Shown here piece after piece: positions 1-14,151 of a stretch of 64,000 nucleotides of DNA. Source of the stretch: Glycera tridactyla. Its lineage: Eukaryota. Both the position numbers and the translations under genes were made by a program. The notes under the pieces are model-generated. The model made no database searches and was not told where the DNA came from. It saw only the letters and a program-made list of their open reading frames with translations. Within the stretch, counting starts at the first letter, position 1. The number at the start of each line of letters is the position of its first letter. Location of the stretch: positions 12,524,001 through 12,588,000 of the forward strand of contig OZ286474.1 in NCBI GenBank assembly GCA_965644265.1, written 5' to 3'.

Positions 1-630
1 TTAACCCTCACCTTAGGGCAAAGATATCTTAATGGAAAACTCTCATGAAAGACATGAATGTCAGATAGCACTGAGTTATGAGGGGTGAGCCAGTGCGAAC
101 CCCGCTTTTCTAGATCCATGTGCATCATAAAAATACCATAAAATAACCATAAAGTGCATGAGCGTGTAATCCCATGGTAATGACTTGTGTGCCTGAAACA
201 TATAAATACGTGGGAGAAGGAAGCACCGTCAGACCATTCCTTGAGCTGGGTCCACGCTGGTCGAGTGTGCGCTTCATGGGCTGACGGACTTCTTTCCCCA
301 CAGTATTACATCGTAGTATTTATACTATGTCTGCCTGATGTATACTGGGGAATAAATGTTGAACTGGAACTCCACGTCGTTGACTTATGTGTGGCAACCC
401 CTGCTACTGGTCACAACGAGAGAAGGGATCCCACCTTCTCACCTTCGACAGCCAAGCGACATCACGCAGAAGGAGCGACATCTTCATGCGACATCCCTCC
501 TATAGTCGAATGAATCTTTGATACATTCATGATTTGTACCTGAACAATTTATATGTCTCCCCAGTAGGCATCTGAGCAAGAATAATGTGGAATTTGGTCG
601 CTTTGATTTGTCCTGTCCACTTCCCCACAT

Positions 631-1789
631 GTAAAACTGTAAACTGTAAAAAACTTTTATTGAAGCAAAAGGTACAATGACCCCGTGAGGTCGTATTAAG
701 AGCTTATGCTAACGTTAGGAAACATTCATTTATGATTGGCAGACAAGTACAAAAATAGGGTAGAACAGTAAACAAGGTGATACGCTATGCAGTAGGAAAC
801 ATTCTATCATATCAGACAGACATGTACAAAATATAAGGCAAAACAATAGACAAGGTGATATGCTATGCACGACATTTCAGGTTATTCAATATGCTGGGTT
901 ATGTACATATTGCTGGTAATTGATAAGGTTCACTTGATGGCAGTACATATCCCCTTTATGGTGGTGGATGAGCAGTGATTAAATGAAATTACGTAGGAAA
1001 TGGTGATGGGTCATGCCAGGACGCCCACTGACATTGACCAGGTGATATCGACAAGGTGCTTCCAGGCCCAGGCTAGAGGTGGCTGTCACATAGCGTGACA
1101 GTCTCTAGTCTGTTTCTGAAGGCACCTAGTGTTTTCTGACAGTGGATGTCCCGACATAGCCCATTCCAACTATCTGCTCCCCTTACTTGTAAATTTCCAT
1201 CAGCAAAGTGCAACCTAGTTCGCATGGTTTCCAGACGTGATGTGATTTCATTACTGGGATTGCTCCTCGTGTTCACACGAGGGTTTGGCTTAGCGAATCT
1301 GAACATATCAGCCATGGTGGGAGGTCCTAGGCCATGTAGAGCTTTATAGACCTCTATGAGAATGTTTTTTTCTCTGGTATTTTTCAGGGTTTCAATATTG
1401 AGCTCTTGCCGCAGTTCTGTGGCCGAGTAGTGCCACCCTTTTTCGCAAATGACGCTCAAACAGCGATTTTGAGCGGTTTGCAGGCGTGTACCCGATATTT
1501 TACCACATGCCCCATATACATAGTCAATATACAAAAATAATGGATGGATTAAGGTCTTATATAGAAAAGTGGCCACATCCTTGGAAACTGAAGGGCGCAG
1601 GTGATATAAAGCGCGCCTTCTCATGTCCACTTTCCGTACAACATAATCAATATGTTCTTTGAAGGTAAGGCTCTGATCTAGATAAATCCCAAGATATTTA
1701 AATTTTGTGACGGTTTCTATTTTAGTGCCATTTAAGGTAATTTTTAAATCCTTTGCTTGTCTAAGTCGCTGGTGTATGTAAGATAGCAA
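631..1789 (-). mobile_element. 5'-truncated non-LTR retrotransposon (LINE, CR1/L2/Jockey-like): C-terminal RT/thumb region of ORF2 plus 3' UTR, in an intron of receptor copy 1
   Basis: ORF 1073-1789(-) has typical LINE ORF2 C-terminal motifs (IETVTKFKYLGIYLDQSLTFKEHID, LYKTLIHPLFLY, RLQTAQNRCL, VRGADSWNGL..I..QKTLGAFRNRL). The minus-strand 3' end reads AATAAAAG followed by short TTTACAG repeats (631-662). No YADD core, so truncated. No clear TSD seen. Confidence 0.9.
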
Positions 1790-1867
1790 CCAATTGATGC
1801 CGTTTGTTATAAATGGTCAATGTATAATATACAGAAAATCATTGTTTGAAATATTTTCTTTTGGCAG

Positions 1868-4800
1868 TGATCACAACAAGCCACGACAGGTGTGCACCTG
1901 GGGATGTGCTGAAGATCACAACACCAGCATCTGGCAACATTGCAAGTATGACTACAAGAGAGACTGGATGTGGTGGAGAATCCAGTCCATGGCTCATAGA
2001 GGCTCCTATTGGACAACAAATGAAGCTCACTTTGCTAGACTTTGCAGACCCTGGTATCAGTGACCAGTCATCCATATGTCTCATGTATGCCAAAATCAGG
2101 GTAAGTATGAGGCTTCATAAAAGCTTCATGAATATTTTATCGCTTGAAGTGTATCTGGGATACATCTGCCCTTCACATATTGGAATTTCAGAACACAGCA
2201 AACATCCATGGCATAGTGTAAACATTGTGTAATATGCAATAATATTTCTGATACGATGTTCATATACGAGAGTTGACACACTGGTTAGCGAGATTCATAG
2301 GGATGACAAGCATACATTTGGTACAGGATTCGATTGATATTCAACGAACGTCTTTTTGTGACTACACGATGCAGAAATTGACAAATTATTTTGTTTCAGG
2401 TTTGTACGGCAACTATTAACTATAATGTGAAATCCGTGGCATTCATTCTCTTTTCTTAAAGACATGGACACTTCAAGAACATAGTTGAACTAATTGGTAA
2501 CATATGGTCACGAGATGAAGGATAGATACCATCTTTCTTTGATGTTGTTTCAATTTTTACTCATGTAGTGCCAGTTGTGGAGAAAAGTTTCCTTAGATTT
2601 GATGTCTATTTCAGGACCTGAAATCTGGACAGCAAAGTACAGTGTGTGGTGCTCAAGGCAGGCAGCGCTTGGTTTACGAATCTATTGGTAACCAAGTTGA
2701 AGTACAAGTCATCAGCAGGGGAGAGAACAGGCATTTTTTGCTGCAATATAAATGTAAGTTACTGTTCGAACAATTTTCATTTATTCAGGTACTGTAGTTC
2801 ACCTCATCGAATGCTTGCTGATATTCTGTCATTCGCATGTACCAATCGTTATTAAGTTCCATATCAGATAGACCGAAACTGATTTGTGAGATGATAGTAT
2901 TTAAAATTGGTTTCAGCAGGGATATCCTGCATTGAATTTTCAGAGAGCATTCTACCTGCAAGAGGGCAGAATATTCCTTCATGTAGTTTACCCCCATATT
3001 CATTTTCTTTCATCGTATTTCATCTGCACTAAGATTCATATAATCCAATGAATAATCTTGCCGAAGTGAATTTACCAATCAACCGATCAGACAATATGCT
3101 ACACCTGTCATTGACACGGTATCTTATACTTTGAGGACGAGAGAATAATCAAGAGGGTATTGTTTTCTTTCATCAGTTGTAGGTTGTAGTGAATTTACCA
3201 ATCAACCGATCAGACAATATGCTACACCTGTCATTGACACGGTATCTTATACTTTGAGGACGAGAGAATAATCAAGAGAGTATTGTTTTCTTTCATCAGT
3301 TGTAGGTTGTAAGGCCATGGAGCCAATAGATGGACACGAATTGATCCATGAAACCAACAGAACTACGGTGAAATGCATGAATGATGGCGACCGATCAACC
3401 TATCACTGTGATGGCACATCCTGGATAGGAGTCATGCCGAACTGTAGCGTTGTGGATGAGGAACCTGAAGTGGAAAATGGCCGAGAAATCACTCAGACAG
3501 ATGGTGAATACACTTTGTGAATATTTGCTCAAATATGCGCCATACTTCCGTCGAGTTTGTTGTAGTGTGGTGTATTGTAGTGTAGTGTGGGGTAGTGCAG
3601 TGTATTGTGTGTAGTGTAGTGTAGTCTAGAACAGTGTAGTGTAGTGTAGTGCAGTGCAGCGTCATGCCGTATAGTGTATCATAGAGCATTACTGTGCAGT
3701 GAAGTATGGTGTAGTGTATTGTAGTGTAGTGAAGAGTAGTGGTATGTCGTGTAGTGTAATGTAGTTCAGAGTAGTTTAGTGTAGTGTAGTATAGTGTAGT
3801 ATAGTGTAGTGTAGAGTAGTGTAGTTCAGTGCAATACAGTGCAACACAATGTAGTTCAGTCACATCCTGTGTATTAAGGTACAGCATAGATTACTCTAGT
3901 GTATAACTTTACTCATCACAGCATGTAGGTCATGATCGTCTCCTAATATCACAAACAATATACTCACGAGTTTGGGGAATTCGCAGTGACGAGTCTGATC
4001 CTGAAGAGATATATGCTTTTTTCGTGATTGACAGCCAATCGCGATCTGTTGTGATGATGTTTCGTTACTTGCAGATGAGAAACCACCAGTTGTCAAGAAA
4101 GTTGTCAATGCTGAGCGGGAACCTGAACTCATCCAAGAGGACAACGCTGCTGTGGATTTCTCTACAATAACATGGGGTCGGTACTTCACATACCTTTCCA
4201 TTCAGGAGTCATGGTGCAGTTCATATTGATCGTTTTAAACAATGAACATATCTCGACTAATATCTGGATTCCCATGAAATGATGGATCATGCTCTTCGCT
4301 CAGAGCAAGTGAAGAAATTATCATTCAGATGAGATGTTGTGATAATACTCACTGAAGGATCCATGTGGATCTTATGGCCTCTTTATCTACATACCCAATC
4401 ACCCTAGAAATTTTCCAGATGGTACAGTCATACAATGTCAATATACAGCCCGCATGATCACAGGTCATCTCATGATAAATGCTCCCAAACTCATTTTGCC
4501 CTCTGCAGCTTTTATATTTGCGCAGCGGGTATGTTGCATGATTAATTTCATCCCTGTATTTCAGGCATGGTTCTCATCCTGGTGGGCATAGTGACAGCTG
4601 GCCTGGTAGCATGTGTACTGATCATTAGTTGTGTCTATTTGAAGAGGTGAGTAATCCTGACAATCCCGAATACTTACAAGGTTTTCTGATGTCACATGCA
4701 ATCAAAGATTAACCTACCATTGGCTGCAATTTCAGGTCCGTGGTATCTTGTAATGCCCGATTTTTACACTGGAATAGGGGTATCATGGCCACATATTTAA

Positions 4801-5576
4801 CTGAATTGATCACAGTAGTGCAGTACAGATGAAATGTCATTGATTTCCGCTATTTAGTGATTGTAATTATGTACGGCACTAACAAGCTTTTCATCATTGT
4901 CATTACTGATCATTTGGAAAAGAAGAAGAATACATTCCGAAAGCTACTATTGCAGTGATCTAGCCTCCGTTAGCATGTGACATGAATCTTGTTCAACTAT
5001 AATGGTGAATGAAGGGTTTCTCATATGAGAAAAGAAGAGGTGGGTTCAAACAATTATTGATTCGCCATAAGCACCATTGGTATTGTATGCTATGCGATAT
5101 ATAATCACATCATCGATTTCTATAAGCTGATTGATGGATTGACTGATAAATTGACTTATGAATTGACTGAGCGACAGACTGACTGAATTGTATGTATCTT
5201 CAACCATCGCAGGGTGGTTCGAGACTGAAGTGATGGACCAGATCTCCCAGAACCATCTTGTGTGCGAAAAAACATTCACTCATTCAATCAAAGTATATCA
5301 TCCATGTTATATGCTCATAGTTCTTTTTTGCTTTGCCACAGGAAATCGCATGAAGGTCATGCTCCCATCATCGTACCAGCTCCACCATCTGATGTCGGCT
5401 ATGAGACCTGTGACTTTGACTTCTCCCAGAGGACAAGCACCATCTTCCATGATGGGTTCCGCACTATGCCCAAGATGTACACACCAATCAACACTGGTGG
5501 ACGGTGTGGAGGGGATGACAAGACATGGGACCGGCCACTACCACCAGAACCACTCGTGACACCATGCAATGTCTGA
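1868..5576 (+). CDS. Lectin-CUB-Sushi type I membrane receptor, copy 1 (tail class A; signal and lectin exons not in window)
   Basis: GT-AG exons 1868-2100 (CUB a), 2615-2753 (CUB b), 3300-3503 (Sushi-like), 4075-4176 (stalk), 4565-4646 (TM GMVLILVGIVTAGLVACVLIISCVYLKR), 5342-5576 (tail to TGA). Phases join into one open frame; sizes match the paralogs. Confidence 0.9.
3066..3311 (+). repeat. 123-bp tandem duplication spanning the Sushi-exon splice acceptor of copy 1
   Basis: Units 3066-3188 and 3189-3311 differ at one base; both end TTTTCTTTCATCAG|TTGTAGGTTGTA. Confidence 0.95.
3563..3860. repeat. Degenerate (AGTGT)n pentanucleotide microsatellite in the Sushi-stalk intron of copy 1
   Basis: Runs of gtagtgtagt; the same motif sits in the same intron of copy 2 (13711-13800). 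Confidence 0.9.
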
Positions 5577-6567
5577 GATTGATCAACCTGAGTCAGGTGT
5601 CCCTGCTATCTGCATATGGGATATATTGGGACTTTCAGAGGATGAGTACTCAATCGTATGAGAAATATATGTGGCACAGAACTATATTGAATTAGTCTTA
5701 GCCTGGTGATGAAACTTGGACATTAATGTGAGCACCAAGTTGTCCAACTGACAAGTACAGACCAACCTGTCTTAATCATGCGGCCAAGGGAAGACATAAA
5801 AGTGTGTGCTTGGAGCAGGTGTATGGTCAGTACAGAGAATAAAACACTCAGGTGGAATGACCCTAGCAGAGAAGCTCGAAAAGGATTTTGCTCAGTACAG
5901 AGCATTCTTAGAGCAGGTTAATAGTTACATGATCTCCCCAAATCTATCGTATCGTTGTTTGCATCATACGGATGCTTGGAAGTACAGGAGATTTGACATG
6001 TCATTTCTTAAGGTGAAGTTGCAAAATCCTGTCAATCAATTATGTTCAATACTATGATATAAATCATCCTCTCGCAATTGTTACTGTCAACAACGACAAA
6101 AGAGGAGGTGGAAAATTCAATCGCAGGCAGAGGGTGGATCAGAACCTTCAGGCTCTGACAGTGGTACTGGACTGAGTTCAGTCAAAACATTCAAACAAAC
6201 TAACAGACCATCATGTTCAGTTTTATGAATCTTTATTCATGTAAGCAGTTGACAAAGTCGTACAGAACAGCTTCAATGGACAAGTAAATAATGATGACAT
6301 ACATACAATAACCTTCGGGTCAAACTCTGAGTACACAGTGAATACAGGTGACACTACTCTTTGAGCGCGAGAATTTGCATGAGAATACTCGTAGCAGTAA
6401 GTTGTGCTGCCTATAGAGGTAATTGAGATACTATGGTACAGTATATCCTCTCTTGGTCATATACAACTATAATTCGATTCTCCGGCCTCCATGTCTGTTT
6501 CCCAAGCAGACTCGATATTTAAAGAGACCTTATAGTTTACTTCCCCTTAACATCTGGATACTTTCCC

Positions 6568-6693
6568 TCAACGAAAATATTTCTTGACATGTTTTTTGAA
6601 GGTTGCAATGGTTCCACTGGAGCGGATATTTTGTGGCAGAGTCTTCCACAGTTGTGCTCCTCTGACAAAAAAGCTGTGATGGTATTGTCTAGA
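6568..6693 (-). mobile_element. Degenerate LINE ORF2 C-terminal fragment
   Basis: Minus strand reads HSFFVRGAQLWKTLPQNIRSSGTIATFKKHVKKYFR*, matching the F..RG..LW..LP..IR.....FK..K terminal motif of CR1/L2-type ORF2. Upstream sequence to about 7400 is stop-ridden and may belong to the same decayed element. Confidence 0.55.
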
Positions 6694-7702
6694 TTATCAT
6701 GCCCATTTGAATGCGGGAGTGACATCTTGATGTGGTGATCATCTGCTTGAAATGAATATTTTCAATATTATCTCATGTGTTGTAGTAAGTGTACACTTCA
6801 TCCATTTCACAGACAATGTGTGGTTTCAATATCAGTGACCGGACATATCTTAACATTCAGAATTCTTTCTTCGGAATAAATGTAGCAGATACAAGTGGAT
6901 GGACAATGATAGTTCTAACCTTTTTTTATTCTTGTCAATATATTTTTGCAATTGATGTTTTGGTTGAATGTAAATATCCGACAAGTGCGTGGTAGCGATC
7001 ATCGGGGGTTTGGATATAATTTAAACTGATACAACTATTTTCTCGACTAGAGCAGCACACAAGGATCCAGACCAGTATAAAATGAGTGAAGACAGAATAG
7101 TAGTTCCACCAGCCTGAGGTGCAACTGCATATATCCATCCTCATCTATTTGGTAATAAAATAGATCCAGAAATGCTGATCCAGAAATGCTGCCTCCATCA
7201 GATATCAAAACACTCCATTCTGAGGTTGTCCTGTCCAGTCTTGTCTCCAGGAATGCGCCGATTATGTTGTCCCAAGTCGATATTTCGATGGTTGCCACAA
7301 AACCTGAAAATTTCAATCAGCAAAAATGAGCCAGTACCATCTACCATGATGTATTTCCCCTCTCCGAAAAAATACACAACTGTCTGTGACGTTGGGTCCA
7401 AGCTGGTAGCAAGAATTTTGATTGACCAGAGTCTACGGTAGTTTATACTATAGAAATCTCTCTATCGATACCACTTTTCTTCAAAGACCAGTTATTCATG
7501 GGATCGGGCGTGGTCTCTGTACATAGGATTGACTCCATATTCGCCAATAGTTCATGGTATTCATCTTGCGTATGCCTGCGCGTTGATGTGTATATTGAAC
7601 TGTGTTTCAATGTCTGGTGATTCTTTTGTATAGACTTTTTCGTCAATCATTAATAGCTGAATAAATATTCGATGAAGACAGTGGACTCGATCTTTTTTTC
7701 GG

Positions 7703-7856
7703 NNNNNNNNNNNNNNNNNNNNNNNNNNNNNNNNNNNNNNNNNNNNNNNNNNNNNNNNNNNNNNNNNNNNNNNNNNNNNNNNNNNNNNNNNNNNNNNNNN
7801 NNNNNNNNNNNNNNNNNNNNNNNNNNNNNNNNNNNNNNNNNNNNNNNNNNNNNNNN
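7703..7856. other. Assembly gap (N run); further gaps at 16394-16703, 38550-38948, 39622-39750, 44000-44213
   Basis: Runs of n; most are flanked by simple repeats. Confidence 1.
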
Positions 7857-9143
7857 AGGATTGTTGTGAAGGCCTTCGTATTGATGACTTCGATAGCTCT
7901 GTATGTGTCTACATCTCACAGAAAGATGCAGACAGACATGACCCGAGAATATGCAAGTATATGACTAGAGGCAACAACGACAACCATTATTGTCGGGGAT
8001 CATATCTGTTATTCCGGCCTTTTCCGGCCTTTCTCAATACACATGCTGATTAGTCTAAATGAAGGTCAAATAACGTTTCTCCTATATTATTTCACAGAGT
8101 GATAAAAAGCTGATATCTGTATGGATGGCCAAACAGGGCAGAAATTTATCTCTACTACTCACAAGACATTTCAGTAGTGCAGTGGAAACGTGGTGATCAC
8201 CTTAGCTCTAATACACCACACATCTGATTCGGAGGTATGATTGGCACTGGTTATCATGCTAACCCACAGTGAACGAAATCTAGAAAGTAGATAACTTTCA
8301 TCTCTCGGTATTCGATATACCTTCGGCTAGAAACCTTCCCACTTTTTCGATTTCTCCGTCTTGATTGACAGTCTACATCATCCAAATGTAAGGGTCGATG
8401 GATAATATCATTTCTGGAGTTCTGAAACCAGATGAAATTATTTGAAAATATCCGTATGTAAGTTAATACATCATCCATTATTTCTCCCCTCCCGAAAAGA
8501 ATGTCATGAAATCAATTAATGAATAATATGTATAATTGTAAAATTGCGAATAGGTCGATAACCTCTGGGAATGTACTGGAGACGGTTCAATGTCCCATTT
8601 CAATAAACAGCTTCTCCGTTATCGAAGGCGAAAAAGATTTATATCTGAACAATTCCCGAAATACTGTTGAACTTCGGCGAGCTTGAGAGAAACTCATTCG
8701 CCGCAGGGTCTAACAACAAAGACATATCCACAATTACATATTTATGATGCCAACAAAACTCAGACCTCACACACCGCATACCCTACCCGATGAAATCGTA
8801 ATCGATTGTGTTCAAACATAGCACACCAGGTATATCGAAGGTACTAGAAAATCGGCTGTGTCCCATATATTCTCTGGACAAGGCTAAATGAAGTATACCT
8901 CTTTGAACTACTGAGTATATGCTGATCGAGCAGTACTTACAATTTATCGAGATGAAAGGTTATATGATCAAATAAGACCTCAACTGCTGACTCTCAGCCT
9001 TCACAAATGACTCATTTAACGCTGGCCATCTGCACTCAAGGAAATTTTAAAGCGATTCCTCAAAGATATTGTTGCAATTAGAAAAGAGCCGATATATTCA
9101 TGTTGATCTCGCACGTGGAATCTGATGGACAAACCTGTCATGA

Positions 9144-9221
9144 GTGCCTTGTGGAGCGAGCCTCCCACCAGCGAGGGATATTGATGTCACACGTTGATGC
9201 AGAGAGAATACCGTCGGCAGT
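9144..9221 (+). promoter_or_regulatory. Conserved three-block upstream module of copy 2
   Basis: GTGCCTTGTGGAGC (9144), ATATTGATG (9178), GTCGGCAGT (9213); ATG at 9277. Same blocks, order and similar spacing before copies 3, 4 and 5. Confidence 0.6.
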
Positions 9222-9276
9222 TCCCAGTCAGCGGCGTCTGTATCCACACATTTTGATAGTGATTACCTACAGTGAG

Positions 9277-12200
9277 ATGGATTTATTCATGTTTCTCTTG
9301 TCTATGGCTTATATTTGGATACCTGGGATACGAGGATCGAATCAGAATGGTACGTGGGTCTCTTCGTTCTATGATATTCGTGCTGGTTTGGTTCCTTCAG
9401 AGTATGTATCATACATTAACATTATTATCGAGAACATGTTACGATCGCACTACGAATCCAAACCTATGCTGAATTCTGAAAGTCGTGAGATTGTGTTTCT
9501 CTGATATGGATGCAATTCCACATATGCATTCATTCATTGTTCCCAAAATAAAACGACGAAATTGGAGTTATCTATATCCACAGATGAAATATATCTCCAC
9601 TGACTATCCCATCCGCTGTACTGTTGGGCGGAGCTCAAGTGTGGTTCTGTATTATCATCACTATTATCATCATTTTCTTCATTGTCATGAATGTCGCGTC
9701 ATCATCATCGTCATCATGAGATTCAGTGTGACTTTCCCGCTCCTGGCAAATTTGAGAGGCAATGGAAATATCACTTCGTAGATTTCATTTATTCACTCAG
9801 TGCACAATGAAGCTTATTTTCCGTGGAGATTGGTTCTCGCTATATGTTGTTATCTTCCAGAATTCGGTGATTTCGAGGACTACTGCATCGGAGAGACCTT
9901 TATGACTGAGTGTGGTGACAATGAAATAGTGGTCATTGATCAAGCTTACTATGGCCGACAACGTATTGGAAAATGTGTAACACAGGAATTGGGGCAAATT
10001 GGGTAAGCTCGACATTTATCCACAGAATTGTTTTAATTGAACCCCCCACTCTGATCTGTTTTCTCACCATTTAATTTTCGGCGGTTACCATGTCAGACAT
10101 GTCATGCGATTGCCACTTGCCTCACAATTGATGAATATACAAGTCACCTCACCCATTGAGACCGCCTTATCTAAGCTAACTCTGCTAGGGAGGGTAACCT
10201 TAGAATGGAACCTGGCAACCATCCCAGAATATTTAGGTCGGGAACGGACATCAAAATTTAAATGTCTGTCCGATTACACGATGTCTAATCATTCAGTCAG
10301 TTTTTTTAACACTAAATAGTCGGTGCGAGAGGGAAATCGTGGAAACTTTTATACTCATCTCTGGTGCTGTTTCGTGGTGCTGGTAAACATGACAGGGTGG
10401 CAATTGATGTTTGGCGGTAGTGATGGTGATGGTTATGGATTTGATGAAATGGTGCTGATCCCTTTAATATCATATGGCCTGTGGTGAGATATTCATGCAA
10501 TAGATATGGATAGAATCATTCAAAAGGCATCCTCTTTTTGGGTCGCTATTGGAAGGTGATATGATATAATGAAAGACGTGGTAGTGTTCGTTGTAGTGAT
10601 GGTGTTGTTGATGGTGACGGTGGTATTCGGCGCCGGTGTCGTCATTTTCGTTTTCATTGTCGTGAAATGGTTGTTGCGATGATTCTGGTGCTGGTGCTGG
10701 TGATGGTCGTGGTGCTGGTGATGGCGTTGATGGTGGTGGTTGTGCTGGTGCGGGTGCTGTGATTGGTGGTATTTGGGCTTCAATGTGAACAATGGCAATA
10801 TTATGATGTGTTTTGAATACAGTAGAACATGTCTACAAAGACCACCTCAGTTGCATAGAAAGTGGCCTGTATGGAGAGGTCATTTCTCGTAGATATACTC
10901 TTATGATGGCAGGTTAGAGTGGCATTCGTGGACAGGTGGCTTTTCATAGAGGTGGTCTCTCGAGCAGGTAAGGCTGTATTTGTCAATACAACCAAATTTC
11001 CCATCAAAATGTGTTTGAATGGACACAACCAACTGTCATCGAAATGCTTTGAATAGACAATTACATAAGATTTGGATTTTTTTGTTTGCCAGGTGTAAAG
11101 CGGACATTCTATCTAACATAGCTGCTCAGTGCTCCGGTCAGGAGCAATGTGAAATCTTCATACCCAGTAGGGAGATGTTGATGCTGAAACCATGTGGAAC
11201 GCAAGTGACAAGTTACTTCAGCGTCAGTTACCGGTGTTTGCCAGGTATGATATCATATATAAATCATTTTTTAAAGCTTGAAACCAGTGATATGCAGATG
11301 TTATCACTGCAACCGGAACGTAATCGCATATGAACCATCTTACCCGTAATACACAGATAACATTAGACTACTCGAGACCGTATTGCCCAAAAAAAAGTAT
11401 TCTTACTTATTACATCAAACTACCTGGGACCGTAGTGTCATGAGTTATATTCTGAATAAGATCATTGACATCCCATCAAACCAACATTGTAATCAACTAC
11501 CTTATAGTGCATAGTACCAGTATTATGTAGATATCATTGGACTACCCGATAAGCATTGCAATGCAGAGCCTGATGGTTCTGATTTCCAGTGCTGCTGTTC
11601 GCTACTCCTGGATGACAGGTCTAATCATAGCAAAGCATGACCCCAGCTTGGCATTGCTCTTTGAACCCCCTTCTCATGTGCCTACATGTATGTGTATGCT
11701 GAGTAGGGGTATCAGTCTAGCTGGATTTCAGTCACTTATTATAACACCACCATTAACCTAAGATCATTGTTATCAGATCCCAGATAGATTGTTATGAGCT
11801 CAACACCGTGGGCCCAGACCATTTGTATGGTCAGAGACTATTAGTGTAGTACATGGTTGAGCCATACTGGAACGCATCCTCACACCTCTGTCGCAGTCAC
11901 CTATCCCGTGACTGACTGTAGCCACAGTCTGAAGATGCTACCACTACATCACGCATCACCCCTAATACATAGAACTGTTATCATGCAGATCTCAGTGAAG
12001 CACTTCGGAAGGCATTGCAAGCAACTATCAAATGATGCACATTACCAGTAATATGTAGAATTCATCAAACTACCTGATATAGCATTGCAAGGAACTATAT
12101 TCTAATCCACAGAACCAGTGATATGCTGATCTCATTGAACTACCTAGGATAGCATTGTAATGAACTATATTAGTAATCTAAGGAACTGGTAGTGTGCGGA

Positions 12201-14062
12201 TATTATCGAAGATGCTCTTCGGAGAAAGATAGAGAGCAACTGATTTATTTCTCTCATGAAAATTGCCAAATAACTTTAATTCATGTGGGACATTGACGTT
12301 TTATCTCTTACAGTGATTACAACAAGCCATGACAGATGTGCACCTGGGGACGTATTGAAGATCACATCACCAGCTGCTGGTAACATCGCAAGTATAACAA
12401 CACGAGAGACTAGCTGTGGTGGAGAATCCAGCCCTTGGCTCATAGAAGCACCGCGTGGACAACAAATCAAGTCGACTCTGCTAGATTTTGCAGACCCTGG
12501 CATCAATGATCAGTCATCCATCTGTCTGATGTATGCCAAAATCAGGGTAAGTATAGATAAATGGCACGGTATTGACGAATGCCATGTATTTCTGCTTGCA
12601 ATTCATCATGTCATGGATCGATTTGATGAGGTGTTCATTCATTTCATTTCTTATTTCATCTCGCATCAGCATATGATATGGCTCCACAGGGTCTCACATA
12701 TTCTTCATCTGATCTCATTAAGTATCAAATTGAAGAGATGTGACGCGCGGTCGTCTATTTCAGGACCTGAAATCTGGACAACAGAGCACAGTGTGTGGCG
12801 CCCAGGGTAGGCAGCGTTTGGTTCATGAATCTGTTGGTAATCAAGTCGAAGTACAGGTCATCAGCAGAGGAGAGAACAGGCATTTCGTACTACAGTACAA
12901 ATGTAAGTGACTGCTTTCAAGTTTCGTGACAATTCCTGATTGTTCAAATGTTCTACTCCCAAGTTCACAGTATCGAATGTTGACGTGAAGTCTCAGCTAC
13001 TCAGTTGGAAATGATTCTTATGTGTGGAGAACTTTGAAGGTATCATTGAGGGTACGAATGTTAACGCTGCAATCACAGCCTAATGACAAACTATCATCAT
13101 ACAGGATACTTTTACTGGATGCTGTGAGTTCCTGCAGGCAACATGTACCCTATCCTCAGATAAAACGATATCGATGACATATGGCATAAGGGGTCTGTCG
13201 AATTAATCCTCAGAGAAGGGCCGGACATTCCACTTTCAATCTTTCAACTGATATTAGAAAGCACTAAGTTCTCACTACCTTCTTCGGTGTCCGATCAAGA
13301 TAATTCTGCCTGTACCAATCTATCAGAAACCCCAGATCATATGACACATCTCTCATCGATGCGATATTTCATACCGGAAAGGAGACAAGACGATTTGACA
13401 TTGTTCTCTTTCAACAGTTGTGGGATGTAAGGCTATGGAGCCGATAGATGGGCATGAACTGATACATGATACCAACAGAACTACGGTGAAATGCACCAGT
13501 AATGGTGAACGATCCGATTACCACTGTAATGGCACATCCTGGATCGGAGCCATGCCAAACTGCACCACTATGGATGAGAAATCGAAAGTGGAAAATAGCA
13601 GAGAAATCACTCAGACTGAAGGTAAATACACTTTGTGAATTCTTCCTCAAATAAGCGGTCCTATTTCATTTCTGTCAAGTATGCTCTCTTTTGGGCCCAA
13701 TGTAAAAAAGTGTAGTGTAGTGTGGTGCGTGGTGTGATGTAGTGTAGTGTGGTCAGTTGTAGTGTAGTGTCGTGCAATAAAGTGTAGTGTAGTGTCGTGC
13801 AATATAGTGCAGCCAATCATGATCTTTTCTGACTTACTTGCAGATGAGCAGCCACCAGTCGTTAAGAAAGTTGTCAATGCTGAGCGGGAACCTGAAATCA
13901 TCCACGAGGACACCGCTGCTGTGGATTTCTCCACAATCACGTGGGGTCAGTACTTCGCATACATTCCGATACAGAAGTCATGGTGCGCGTCATATTGATC
14001 GTTTTGACGATTGGCATATCCAAGACTATACATCCGAAAGGACCATACCCTTTCAACACACT

Positions 14063-14151
<89 letters not shown>

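Noticed and set aside
186-417. Possible solo LTR (TGT start, TATA-like and AATAAA motifs, ending TCACAACG) and the overlapping 108-aa ORF
   Set aside because: No terminal CA, TSD or second copy; the ORF has no recognisable motif.
3489-3887. Low-complexity ORFs (also 10520-10798, 13838-14400, 14994-15290, 20618-20890, 29350-29801, 33570-34348)
   Set aside because: Translations of microsatellites inside introns.
5342-5576. ITAM, ITIM or CaaX motifs in the receptor tails
   Set aside because: Tyr spacing does not fit ITAM, the -2 residues do not fit ITIM, and the Cys in PCNV is third from the end rather than fourth.
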